Shown here piece by piece: positions 24,767 through 35,040 of a DNA stretch of 64,000 nt. Numbering within the stretch: the stretch's first letter is position 1; the number at the start of each line of letters is the position of its first letter. The stretch covers positions 186,001 through 250,000 of the forward strand of contig CP145427.1 in the NCBI GenBank assembly GCA_036867785.1, given 5' to 3'. A program made the position numbers and the translations under genes. The notes under the pieces are model-generated. The model saw only the letters and a list, made by a program, of their open reading frames with translations. It was not told where the DNA came from and made no database searches. Source of the DNA: Plasmodiophora brassicae. Lineage: Eukaryota.

Positions 24767-27721
24767 TCAGATGATGGCAAAGACAGCGAAGGTGAGGCAC
24801 AGAGCAGCGGACACGATGTCGTGTGGTCTGCTACCGCTGCTAGGGTCCTGGTGGGGTGACGAGGCGATGGGAGCGGGCCCATCCAGCTGACGCGCAAGGA
24901 CCCTGGTGGCCACCGCTGCGGTTGCACCGGCAGTAGCGGCAGCGATGGCCACCTCGCCGACAGCCGACAGCGGATGTTGCCGACGGTGAGCCTCGCCGAC
25001 AGGATTCGGCTTGCGAGCGTGCGTCGCCAAGAAGCACAATCCAGCGAGGGCCAGCGGCGGCTGCAGGATACCGGTCACCAGGCTCCTGGCGCGATGTAGG
25101 CCGGATGACCCGGCAGGCCTGCTAACGTGGACAGTCATGTTCCGAATCTGTCGCAGGATTGCCTGGCCCTCTCGGGGTCCTGTCACCAACTCGAGGCACC
25201 TCTTACGGGACGCGTCACCGGCGCCAGCGTCCATGATAGAGAACGACACCGGTGTCATCCCGTCATGGTCGCGAGCGCTGACGAGCCGATTCGCCAGGTC
25301 TGGCCCGGCCTTCGTCAGGATGCGCTCCACAACGGTAGGAAATCCGCCTCGGCTGGCCAGATGCAGGGGCGAGCGACCGCGATCATCGATAGCTGTCAGG
25401 TCAGCGCCCTGGTCGATGAGGAACAGGGCAATTTCCTCGTTGCAGGTCGAGCGATCGAGAAGGGCCATGTGCAACGCCGTGTGCCCAGGGGAGCCGGCAG
25501 GCACCACCTGCGGGATCAACGTGTTCACAGCTTGGCGGACGGCGACGTTGATCGCGGCAGGGTCGTGACGGTGACTCGCCAGGTACGCCGCTGTGATGCC
25601 GACGTCGACAGCAGCGATGAACGAGACTGGATCAATGGCTGCCTGCCAGCGTTGGACGAGTGTATCGCGGATGGCGCGCAGACGCTCAGCGATCGGTAAG
25701 CTCCGGTTCCAGTAGAGATCCCAGGAGCACCACGACAGGGCGGCCATTCCATTCACGTCGGTGCGATTGACGTGCGCGGGTTTGCTAGAGCCGATGGAAT
25801 CGACTTGGCTGGGCAGCCCATAACGGACCGCCATGTGAAGCAGATCGAGTTCGGGATACGGGTGCGCGTCGAACAGATAGTAGGCCAAGGCATCCCACAG
25901 GTCTAGACCAACGGCACGCCGGGTGTCAGTGGCTTTCAGATTGTCGAACACGGTACCAAACGGGGTGTCGCCGTTGTCGTCCGTCCAGGCATGCCAGTAC
26001 GGGTACTGACTACAGACCCTTCTGACGAGAGTCACGTTGCACGCTCGGATACCTTGAAACAGGTCCACGCGCGCAGTTGAACGGGAAGGCGTGATCGGTG
26101 GACGTTTCAGGAGCCGCCGTTTCATCTCCTCGAAGGCTGGCGAACTTGTGTCTAACGTGTCGGCGTACGGCTGCCCTTTCGGAGTGTTAGGGCTGGCTCC
26201 ATGGTTGAGCAGGAGGTCGACAATGTCCTTGTAGTAGGCGCCCTCGGGGCGCTGCAGGCCTCGTTTGAGTGCCATCGATAACGGCGTCTCGCCGTTCTCG
26301 TCGGCCTTGTCGATCTGGGTGTCTGGGTGCAACACCAGCTTGCGAACCAACTCAACAGAGAGGCCGTCGTGGATCGCGTCGATCAGGACGTATCTGTCAC
26401 CGCGGTGCCGCCAGTGAGCATTGATGTCAGCGCCAGCATCAATCAGGGCCATCGCGACATCGTCGTTTGCTCCACGCACCGCCACCCACAGGGCCGTTGC
26501 ACCATCTCCGTCCGCATCAACGATCTTGGCCAGGTCGTTGTCGTCATCGAAGCTTATGCGGGTGCTGAGGAGTCGCTTGACGTTGCTCGATCGTTCCAGA
26601 TACAACTCAGTGAGCGTCACCGAAGACGAAGCAAAGAACGCCAGCGGGGCCCTACTGGCCCAGATGTCAGCGCCCGTTTTGATCAGCAGGTCCATATTGT
26701 CTCGCACGCGTTCCTTGTTCAAACGTTTGACAATGCGTTGACGCTTCCCATGGCGACTTGACGTCAGGCTGATGTCGAACACGTCCGGCAGCACATGTGC
26801 AGCGCAGAAGTCCAGGGCGGTCGTACCCATGTGTAGGTCATCGATTTGGGCAGGGGTCCGATCCAGTATGATCTGTAGCAGATCCCGTGGGCCTGCAACG
26901 GCTGCGGCATGAAGTGGAGGGATCCGCGAGACACTGCCGGGAAGTGATGCATTATCGGACCATTCGGTGTAGAGGTTCCTGCTGACATCCGAGTACTCGT
27001 GAGCGGCAAAGAGTCGAGCCATGTCCAGGAAGATTTTGTCGACCGCCCCATCGTTTGGGTTCGTGTCGCTGTTGATGTATACCTGAGAGAGCGTTAACTG
27101 GAATGGGGATATGGTATCCTCATCATTGCACGTCCAGTTCATCCACCTGGCATTGTCCTTGCAAATGGCCACGATTAGTGGCACATCTGCATGCATAAAG
27201 GCATTGAACAGGTCCTCCTCAACGGCCATTGCACGGATCAACGCTATGCGTCTCCCCTCGTCTTCTGACCAGAACAAACGGTCCACGGTTTTCAAGTCGA
27301 AGATGTAGTTCCGCTCAAGTGCTCGTTCGTCGTAGGGGGATCCGGCATCCACTAAGGCGCTGATAATCCTCAGCAGGCGGGCGTCGCGGTCGTCGTCGGC
27401 GTCTTTGGCCTTCCTGTAGGTGGAGACAGCGACGCTAAGTGCAGATTGCCCAGCGCTGTTCTGCCTGCACACGTCGGCACCGCCTCGCGCGAGAATCTCG
27501 TCAACCACGACTTCGTCCGCTTGCGCACAGGCGATGTGCAATTTGGTGTTGCCGTTGGCATCAACGAAATCGGCGGATGTCCCGTTCAACGAGGTGGTAC
27601 GCGCGTGTGCAGGCCGCCCGCGCAATTTCAGCTTTGCAGCAATGTTCCCGGCGGAGGCCGAAGACGTGAGCGCTGCGACGCTGACGATGAGAGCGAGAGC
27701 GGCCATCTGCCCACCCACCAT
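24767..27721 (-). CDS. Large intronless ankyrin-repeat protein with signal peptide and C-terminal hydrophobic anchor
   Basis: MAALALIVSVAALTSSASA leader; dispersed ankyrin repeats (GNTKLHIA, GATALWVA, GETPLSMA, GRSPLHLA); ends IVSAALCLTFAVFAII*. Confidence 0.85.
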   Translation of the reverse strand: MVGGQMAALALIVSVAALTSSASAGNIAAKLKLRGRPAHARTTSLNGTSADFVDANGNTKLHIACAQADEVVVDEILARGGADVCRQNSAGQSALSVAVSTYRKAKDADDDRDARLLRIISALVDAGSPYDERALERNYIFDLKTVDRLFWSEDEGRRIALIRAMAVEEDLFNAFMHADVPLIVAICKDNARWMNWTCNDEDTISPFQLTLSQVYINSDTNPNDGAVDKIFLDMARLFAAHEYSDVSRNLYTEWSDNASLPGSVSRIPPLHAAAVAGPRDLLQIILDRTPAQIDDLHMGTTALDFCAAHVLPDVFDISLTSSRHGKRQRIVKRLNKERVRDNMDLLIKTGADIWASRAPLAFFASSSVTLTELYLERSSNVKRLLSTRISFDDDNDLAKIVDADGDGATALWVAVRGANDDVAMALIDAGADINAHWRHRGDRYVLIDAIHDGLSVELVRKLVLHPDTQIDKADENGETPLSMALKRGLQRPEGAYYKDIVDLLLNHGASPNTPKGQPYADTLDTSSPAFEEMKRRLLKRPPITPSRSTARVDLFQGIRACNVTLVRRVCSQYPYWHAWTDDNGDTPFGTVFDNLKATDTRRAVGLDLWDALAYYLFDAHPYPELDLLHMAVRYGLPSQVDSIGSSKPAHVNRTDVNGMAALSWCSWDLYWNRSLPIAERLRAIRDTLVQRWQAAIDPVSFIAAVDVGITAAYLASHRHDPAAINVAVRQAVNTLIPQVVPAGSPGHTALHMALLDRSTCNEEIALFLIDQGADLTAIDDRGRSPLHLASRGGFPTVVERILTKAGPDLANRLVSARDHDGMTPVSFSIMDAGAGDASRKRCLELVTGPREGQAILRQIRNMTVHVSRPAGSSGLHRARSLVTGILQPPLALAGLCFLATHARKPNPVGEAHRRQHPLSAVGEVAIAAATAGATAAVATRVLARQLDGPAPIASSPHQDPSSGSRPHDIVSAALCLTFAVFAII

Positions 27722-28040
27722 ATCAGTTCCGCAAGCGATCAACCCGTGTTCAGCGCGCACAGACGGCAACCAGTGCCGCCCACGTCCAACTCCAGGCCGC
27801 AAGCTGCCGCCCTTGGAAGGCGGCTGCCGCCGTCCCGAAATAGCGCGGGCGCCCAGAGGGGCCCCAAAACCGCGCCCGCAGTGCCGTCGCGGAATCGCCC
27901 ACCAGAGCGTACCTACTCTCAGCTTCCCGCAAGGTGACTGGTACTCTGAAAAACCGGCGCCGAGCAGACCTGCACTGTCTTCCATTATGACCTCGGTCGT
28001 CCAACGGAGAAGGTCGACGCACACGTTTAGAGATTCGGCT

Positions 28041-29278
28041 TCAGCAAAGCACCGCGGAGTACACGTTTCCGTTCGGGACGATACTGCCGATGGTGCTCTT
28101 GAGGTAGCAGGTGTTCCAGGCGAACGCGTATCCGATGCATCCCGGGGTCTGCCCGCATAGCGGCTGACAATCGTTGCGGTTGCTGGCCGGCTTGGTTGTG
28201 AGATCGCCGCCGAACAGGTCCACGTAGTCATAGTAGCGCCAGCCCCAGACCGAGCACGGGTGCGCGCTGTCAGTGTCGACGTCGAACGAGAACTTCTCCG
28301 TCCCGGTGTTGACGAATAGCCCGAAGTGTTTCTCCGTCTCCGCGGGCCCCTTCCACGATTCGTCGAACGCCTCGAATAGGTACAGGTCCTTTACCTTGCC
28401 GGATGTCCTGGCGAAGGTCACAGCCGTGCTCGTGTACTGCTGCGCGTTGTCGACGGACGCGTAGGAACCGCCAGTCGTTGGCCAACCTGTTTCGCCGACG
28501 ATGATTGGGAGGGAGCCTGGCGCTCCGATCTTGTTCAGGGCGGCCCGAACGGCGTCAATCACGTTCGACAGAATCGATGGGTTCGGACCTCGACCCAGGG
28601 CCGGATCCGCCAGAGCGTTGTTGCCACTGTAGACGAGCGCGAAGTACGGATACACGTTGATGCTGAACTCAGGAACGCTCGGGACGAATTGCCGAACAAG
28701 GTCGACAATTTCGGGGTCGAAGTTGGCGTTCTGTGGAGGATACGTGTTCTGCAGGCTGGCCTCTAGATCACACAGGAATGAGGGCAACGACCAGGGGCTG
28801 TCGGAACCGACTGACCGCTCAGCGGAACGATAACCTTCGTGCTCAGGCCGTTGCTCGAGACCAGCTGGCGGACCTTGTTATAGGCCGGGATCAGGTACGG
28901 GCGTGTCTGGGCCCGCGTGGCGGCGCCGTTGAACGGCTCGTTGCTGACGGCGATGGAGCGAACGGTTCGGCGACGCAGGGCTTGGACGATCAGACCTTGG
29001 TATCCAGGATCGTAGGCAGCAGCAGACAGACGGTCATTCGGGATCGCGACCGTGATCTCGACGGCAGCCTTGGCGTAGACACGATCGACGGCGTCGAGGA
29101 AGCCGGAGTCGATGTTGTACGTTTTGATCAACGAGACGCCGCGGTTCCGAAGGCGCTGGAGCTGGCTGTCGTACGAGAGAGCGTCGGGAAACAGGCCAAT
29201 GTCGACCCCGACACGGGCCTCGCCAATAGCAGCGATCACCAGGATCAGACACAGCGACAGCCCGTTACGTACGCCCAT
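28041..29278 (-). CDS. Secreted GH17 beta-1,3-glucanase with C-terminal PAN/Apple module
   Basis: Signal peptide; IAVSNEP and IIVGETGWPT catalytic motifs; LFEAFDESWK..EKHFGLF; C-terminal DYVDLFGGDL..DCQPLCGQTPGCIGYAFAWNTCYLK. Intron 28763-28815. Confidence 0.92.
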
Positions 29279-29469
29279 TGTCCTGCTGCTGGAGGCGCGC
29301 CACGAGATAACCGAGTGAGGTGTCCGATCAAGGCCCTGAAGTGTCAATGGGCCACGAGTAACGTTGCCGACGAGATATTTCCGACTGGCTGGGGACACGG
29401 GGGCTGCAACGACAACGACGGGGCACCCTCGAAGGCGCGGTGGTCGATAAGGTGTCCGTTCTCGCCAAG

Positions 29470-29916
29470 TGGGGCCCAGTCCGATACTGTGCCGCACCGT
29501 CACGCACACGAACGATGTTCTGGAACATTCCAGCGCTTCGATGCCTGTACAGCCGTTCCTTCATGGCACCATACTGGGGCAGAAAACCACAGCGGTGACG
29601 ATAAGGCGATCAGCAACGGGCACGACGACGAATGCCGCGCCGGATGAATGCGAGTCAAGACGGCAACCGAACTGTCGGGGAAGTTCCCACGTCTGGACGT
29701 CAATAGACGCTGGATGTTTGATATGAACAGCTTTAGCGGATCGTTCGTTCGTCGAGCACGCGCCCGTTTCAGTGCGCTCCACGCGTGCACATGGCATTGG
29801 CGTGACTCGCCGTCGTCCAGAGCGGCATTCGGTTGCCCGTTTGCTGATCGCCTTTTCGTCACCGCCCATGACGTTCGTGTTCATGATCGTGCGCCATAGC
29901 ATCGGGTTGGGGTCCA
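29470..29916. repeat. Old, diverged inverted repeat
   Basis: 29470-29520 matches the reverse complement of ~29865-29916. 29592-29670 matches the reverse complement of ~29793-29865. Confidence 0.7.
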
Positions 29917-30640
29917 CACCTTCAGCTGTCGAACCCGTTTCGCCAGGTCCGCCTGGCTGGCCGACTTCAGCTTTGGCTTCTTCGCGTCGTCGTCCCGCCG
30001 AACCAGTGTGGCCATTCGAACCGTCTCCTGGGTCCGCCTGCCTTTTTCAAGCCCCGATTCCCGGTCATCGGCAACGTTGACACCGTCATGGTTTGACGTG
30101 GCGCTAATCAGTTCCTGACCCTTGCTCATTGTTCTCCTCCTTCAACTATGCGTCCATGTTGTAGCAGTAATGGTCGGAAAGCTCCACGTCAAAGCATGAC
30201 GGTGTTGTTGCCGATGACCGGCGACGTTGGCTTCGGGGGGCCACGTCGACGTGGCACCCCCGCAACGACGTTGTTGCCGCTGCAACCTCGGCCATGGACA
30301 AACTGAAAAGGCATCGTCACACGCTGAAGTACCGTCCGCGCTCGGAGTCTGGGTGTATGGTCGAGTCGGACGGAACTCTGCATGGTCAGTTCTGCATGTT
30401 GAAACCTGAGCCGTCCAATGCATCCCGTGGACCGGTATGATCTGCGGCGGTGCAGCAGCATGGCAGTCGCTGGCGCCACACGACACACACACACACACAC
30501 AGACGTCGTTGCGTTTCCAGGATCATTCTTCGATCGTCCAGTGTGAGAGAACAGGGATTGAGGCTCCGATCCGCTGAGCTCCTGAACGCAAACAGCCAGT
30601 TCGACGGTACCAAAGCACCATGGATGACGCGTACGAGCGG
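29655..30640 (+). repeat. Degenerate direct duplicate of ~36058-37870
   Basis: Shared blocks: cccacgtctggacgtcaat, atgaacagct, ttcgttcgtc..gcacgcg..ccgtttcagtgc, and gcagcagcatgg..cacacagacgtcgttgcgttt..ccgctgagctcctgaacg..ttcgacggta.caaagcacca. Confidence 0.8.
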
Positions 30641-31225
30641 TCAGGTGCAGGCCTACTTCTGCATGTGAAACGGAAACGGACGCGCAGGGTGTGCGACGGA
30701 CGGACGCGACAAACGCTTGCTTGGGCGGCGCCGGCCAGCGATGCGAATGGGTGCGCCGTAATTTGCAAGGGCATTCCGCAACGCCACCGTTTCGCAAATT
30801 CGATCCAGAGTGGCTTCTTCGAGTCGACCTCCTTATCCTCTGTGGCACCCGCGCTGCTGGGAACGAGGGGGCGATCTCAGGACGGCGGGAGGTACCTCAG
30901 TAGGCGCGATTGGGATCGATGCTGCTAACGTCGACGTCAGCGGTGCGACGATGTCGTCGGTAGCAGCGGATGATGGCACGATCGTGTCGACAGCGGGCGC
31001 AAGGTTCGACGCAGGGTCGGATGATCACTGGGAAAAATTCGTTGTCAAATTCTGGTCAACATGACAGGCGACGCCAATTTCCCGTCAATCTGGATGTGCA
31101 TGCAGTTACCGCAACCGGTTACAGGATCCAATCCCGGCCCTGGCTGAGGGCCTGGTCGAAGTATTTTTCGCCAACGTTTCCTACTGTGACGAGCATCGAC
31201 TCTCGTTGACTCTTCGCCTCCTTCT

Positions 31226-31345
31226 CGTCTCCTTTGCGCAGCCTTTTGTGACTGGTTCTCGTCTCCTTTTTGAAAAGGGAGCTCCTCGAGCTCCTTTTTG
31301 AAAAAGGAGTTGAGAACAGTGGAACGTCACAGATGAAGGAGACGA
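31226..31345. repeat. Nested hairpin / cruciform
   Basis: 22-bp stem 31263-31284 / 31288-31309 (20/22 complementary, 3-nt loop), extended by gttctc/gagaac, tgtgac/gtcaca and tcgtctcctt/aaggagacga. Confidence 0.8.
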
Positions 31346-31349
31346 AATT

Positions 31350-31859
31350 ATGTCGACCCAACATCACTTCGACCAGGCTCTGATTGCAAGGCGAACTACG
31401 CACTCCGCAACGTGCGCGGGTGTCAGGTCAAGTCGTCGTGGGGACGTCGATCTGGAGGAGACGTCGTCAGCCGATCATGAGGCCATGGGAGACTACTTCT
31501 GGCAGGAATGGGCGAGGCACGCCGAGGGTGACGTCGACTCAAAGTCGCCCGACATGAGTGACGTCGATGGCAACTATGCTCTTCGGGAATGGTTGGACTC
31601 CAGCGATGACGATGACGGCGAGGCATATCCGCCGAGCGATGACGACGTAAACGAGTATTTCCTGCGTCAATGGATCCGACGACGCGACAATGAAGGTGCC
31701 GGTGGCTATGGCGCCGTCCCGCCAGAATTCGAACTGGAAAGACCTGACGATGCACCCCACGTGAAGCCATTCGACATTCGACCTGCACTACTCGGCATGG
31801 CAGCTCGTGAAAACACAGATTCGTTCGATGATTGGCGTCGGGATAACGATGCCGCATAG
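31350..31859 (+). CDS. Acidic hypothetical ORF with three YxxxxW repeats
   Basis: 169-aa ORF containing DYFWQEW, NYALREW and EYFLRQW separated by acidic spacers. Lies in a degenerate region. Confidence 0.4.
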   Translation: MSTQHHFDQALIARRTTHSATCAGVRSSRRGDVDLEETSSADHEAMGDYFWQEWARHAEGDVDSKSPDMSDVDGNYALREWLDSSDDDDGEAYPPSDDDVNEYFLRQWIRRRDNEGAGGYGAVPPEFELERPDDAPHVKPFDIRPALLGMAARENTDSFDDWRRDNDAA

Positions 31860-32540
31860 ATCGCCGAGCTTGCACTTTACGATCACCTTCTGGAACATAT
31901 GAGTTCACGCCTGGTCCCTGTGGCCGTTGACGAGCTGGACACGGACGCCGTCGATGTTTTTGACGAGGCCATTCGTGCCAAGCTGTCCTACGAGGCTGTG
32001 GACAGTCAGCTGAAGATTAGCTGCCATCGATCGAAGAAACTGGTTGATAAGCATAACTCACTGGTGAGGGACACTGTGGAAGCATTCTTAAATCGCCGAC
32101 GGTCCGGGTGGTCAAGTTGTGGTCGTCCGAGGTCGTTGGTGAAGCTATTGTTCGCCGTGCCAACCCAAGACGAGGGTATCGCGCGATCGTGGAGAAGCAC
32201 GTCCGCAAATCCATTGACAGTTTCATCGCCTCTGAGCGCGAACGGTAAGACGTGATACGGTGTCCAGACATTGCCTGATGCCTATGTTGCTCATAACTTT
32301 ATTGTAGCGGCCTCGTCGACGGTCAGCACCCGACTCTCGACTTGCTGAATGACTTTCAGCATCGATTGATACCACCGGAGTCCCTTGTTGACGAAAGACG
32401 CCCACTGGGGGAGGCCGTCTTTCATGGTGCAACAAGGGCCCACCCTAACCGTCCGTGTGCCTAAGTCGTTTTTGACGTCCATTATATCTAAGCGTAAACG
32501 TCGTGCCTCAGAAGACACATTGTGACCTGTCGCGGGTCCT

Positions 32541-32950
32541 GGCCATTCACTTCAGCGGCCAAAACATGGCCTTGAAGGTCTGGTTCATCTTTACGTAAGC
32601 TACTTTGGCGACAGCATGGTCCCTAATGCTGACAGTGCTGTCTGTAGAAATGACAGAGGCATGGCGGTCGAGTAAACACCAGACGCAGGCGCAATGTTCC
32701 CCGTACAGCGACAAGCTGGCCGACATGTTGAAAGCATGTCGCTTCCACGACGTGTTGTGCGTCGTGCAAAGACCCGGGGACGTTATCTACATGCCTCCCA
32801 GCATGATGCATGCAGTGTATACTGCGTATGCACCTGGGACCCCTCCGGGCTAGCAGTTCTGCCTGGCGGGTGGTTACCTGTTCTGTACTGCACAGGACCC
32901 ACCCTACATGGTTCGGTTTCATGGCGAACGTCCGCAATGCTGCCCTGAAC
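32541..32950 (+). pseudogene. JmjC-domain gene fragment (left arm)
   Basis: LKVWFIF and VVQRPGDVIYMPPSMMHAVYT (JmjC QxPGDxxYxPxxxxHxV). In-frame TAG at 32851; splice phases do not join. Confidence 0.65.
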
Positions 32951-33499
32951 GATGGAACGAACAGAAGCTGGCGTCGTACGTGCTGCCCATCGGCGCCCGA
33001 GATTTCACCGAGAACCGCCACGGCACATGGCGAAAATCCTGTCCTGTGCTGAACCTTGGCCAGAGGTCGTTCAACAGGTGCAGAGGGAGGGCACGCGCCG
33101 CAATTTGTCTAGGGAGGTTTAATCAGGATAAAATAGCATGGCTTAGAGGCCGATCTTTCAACCATGCCGCGGCGAATTGACCGCAAGAACTCCTTTCTTT
33201 CGTGGTGCTTACGGCCGAAGGGCACGCGCCGCACGGAAGCACCACGAAAGAAAGGAGTTCTTGCGGTCAATTCGCCGCGGCATGGTCGAATGATCGGCCT
33301 CTAAGACATGCTATGTTATCCTGATTAAACCTCCCTAGACAAATTGCGGCGCGTGCCCTCCCTCTGCACCTGTTGAACGACCTCTGGCCAAGGTTCAGCA
33401 CAGGACAGGATTTTCGCCATGTGCCGTCGGCGGTTCTCGGTGAAATCTCGGGCGCCGATGGGCAGCACGTACGACGCCAGCTTCTGTTCGTTCCATCGT

Positions 33500-33895
33500 T
33501 CAGGGCAGCATTGCGGACATTCGCCATGAAACCGAACCATGTAGGGTGGGTCCTGTGCAGTACAGAACAGGTAACCACCCGCCAGGCAGAACTGCTAGCC
33601 CGGAGGGGTCCCAGGTGCATACGCAGTATACACTGCATGCATCATGCTGGGAGGCATGTAGATAACGTCCCCGGGTCTTTGCACGTCGTGGAAGCGACAT
33701 GCTTTCAACATGTCGGCCAGCTTGTCGCTGTACGGGGAACATTGCGCCTGCGTCTGGTGTTTACTCGACCGCCATGCCTCTGTCATTTCTACAGACAGCA
33801 CTGTCAGCATTAGGGACCATGCTGTAGCCAAAGTAGCTTACGTAAAGATGAACCAGACCTTCAAGGCCATGTTTTGGTCGCTGAAGTGAATGGCC
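33500..33895 (-). pseudogene. JmjC-domain gene fragment (right arm)
   Basis: Mirror copy with the same stop, plus a 12-bp deletion that shortens DVLCVVQ to DVQ. Confidence 0.65.
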
Positions 33896-34821
33896 AGGAC
33901 CCGCGACAGGTCACAATGTGTCTTCTGAGGCACGACGTTTACGCTTAGATATAATGGACGTCAAAAACGACTTAGGCACACGGACGGTTAGGGTGGGCCC
34001 TTGTTGCACCATGAAAGACGGCCTCCCCCAGAGGGCGTCTTTCGTCAACAAGGGACTCCGGTGGTATCAATCGATGCTGAAGGTCATTCAGCAAGTCGAG
34101 AGTCGGGTGCTGACCGTCGACGAGGCCGCTACAATAAAGTTATGAGCAATATAGGCATCAGGCAATGTCTGGACACCGTATCACGTCTTACCGTTCGCGC
34201 TCAGAGGCGATGAAACTGGCAATGGATTTGCGGACGTGCTTCTCCACGATCGCGCGATACCCTCGTCTTGGGTTGACACGGCGAGCAATAGCTTCACCAA
34301 CGACCTCGGACGACCACAACTTGACCACCCGGACCGTCGGCGATTTTTCAGATGACGAGCACTTCCACCCGAAGCCGAAAGCGGCCGGCTTCTCCAGAAA
34401 TTCGGCAGTCGTGCTCTCGAGGTGTCACCGCATTTGACAATATCGTAGAAGCTTCATGGTTTGATCATGCCGGGCGTGAAGCCGATGGATCGAAGACGGC
34501 ACGAACGAGGCATCGCGGATCATAATGGCCATCGAGCTCGACGTGTTCATGTCAAGACGACAGGAAGAACCTCACGTCGCCCCAGACGAAACCGACGCGC
34601 TGGGGTGTTAACCACCGATGACTGAAGAATCGTCGCCCTGCATCGAGTCCCAGACACATTCTGTAAGAACGAACGATCCCGATTGGGAACTCGTAGTTTC
34701 CCATGGCCTGGCTGCGAACACTAAACATCCGCATCTCATTCATACGCGTCAAATCCAAACGATCCGATGGGGACCCAAAGTTGTCAACGACCAGGGCTCC
34801 CATCTCATTCATATTGGTGAC

Positions 34822-34878
34822 GCGGCCCAGGACATCCGGCAAGGTGAAGGCCCTGTACCAATTCGAGACGTTCGACGT
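34822..34878 (+). pseudogene. GH17 gene remnant
   Basis: caggacatccggcaaggtgaaggccctgtaccaattcgagacgttcgacg reads RTSGKVKALYQFETFD, matching RTSGKVKDLYLFEAFD of the 28041-29278 gene. Confidence 0.75.
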
Positions 34879-35040
34879 CTGAACCGGGACACGGCACTGA
34901 TCCGGTCGGGAGCGTACCACAACCTTCTTGATTTGTCTCGAATCTGTTGCAGGCGGCCGTTCTAGAACGACGTTCTGTATCCTGCAGCAGTCGGCCCAAC
35001 GATGTCTTATTTCGTCCCTGGACGTCATTCAGTAATTATC

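Larger units (their letters stand above)
32090..34346. repeat. 2.25-kb near-perfect palindrome (arms 32090-33210 and 33237-34346, 26-nt spacer)
   Basis: Arms are reverse complements apart from roughly a dozen substitutions plus 12-bp and 1-bp indels (counted by eye). Mirrored ORF pairs appear in the track. Confidence 0.97.

Noticed and set aside
27722-28231. N-terminal 170 aa of the 1154-aa ORF, suggesting a GH17/ankyrin overlap
   Set aside because: It starts from a non-ATG codon upstream of a clear signal-peptide Met and overlaps the GH17 3' end in another frame.
30482-30500. (CA)n microsatellite (also ~1245-1260) and GAC triplet runs
   Set aside because: Short simple repeats with no further structure.
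29900-32100. Endogenous virus remnant
   Set aside because: Hairpins and orphan ORFs are suggestive, but no viral hallmark motif (capsid, polB, packaging ATPase, integrase) is visible.
32090-34346. TIR/Foldback transposon interpretation of the large palindrome
   Set aside because: No TSD at the outer ends, no modular subrepeats or transposase, and the arms consist of gene-like sequence.
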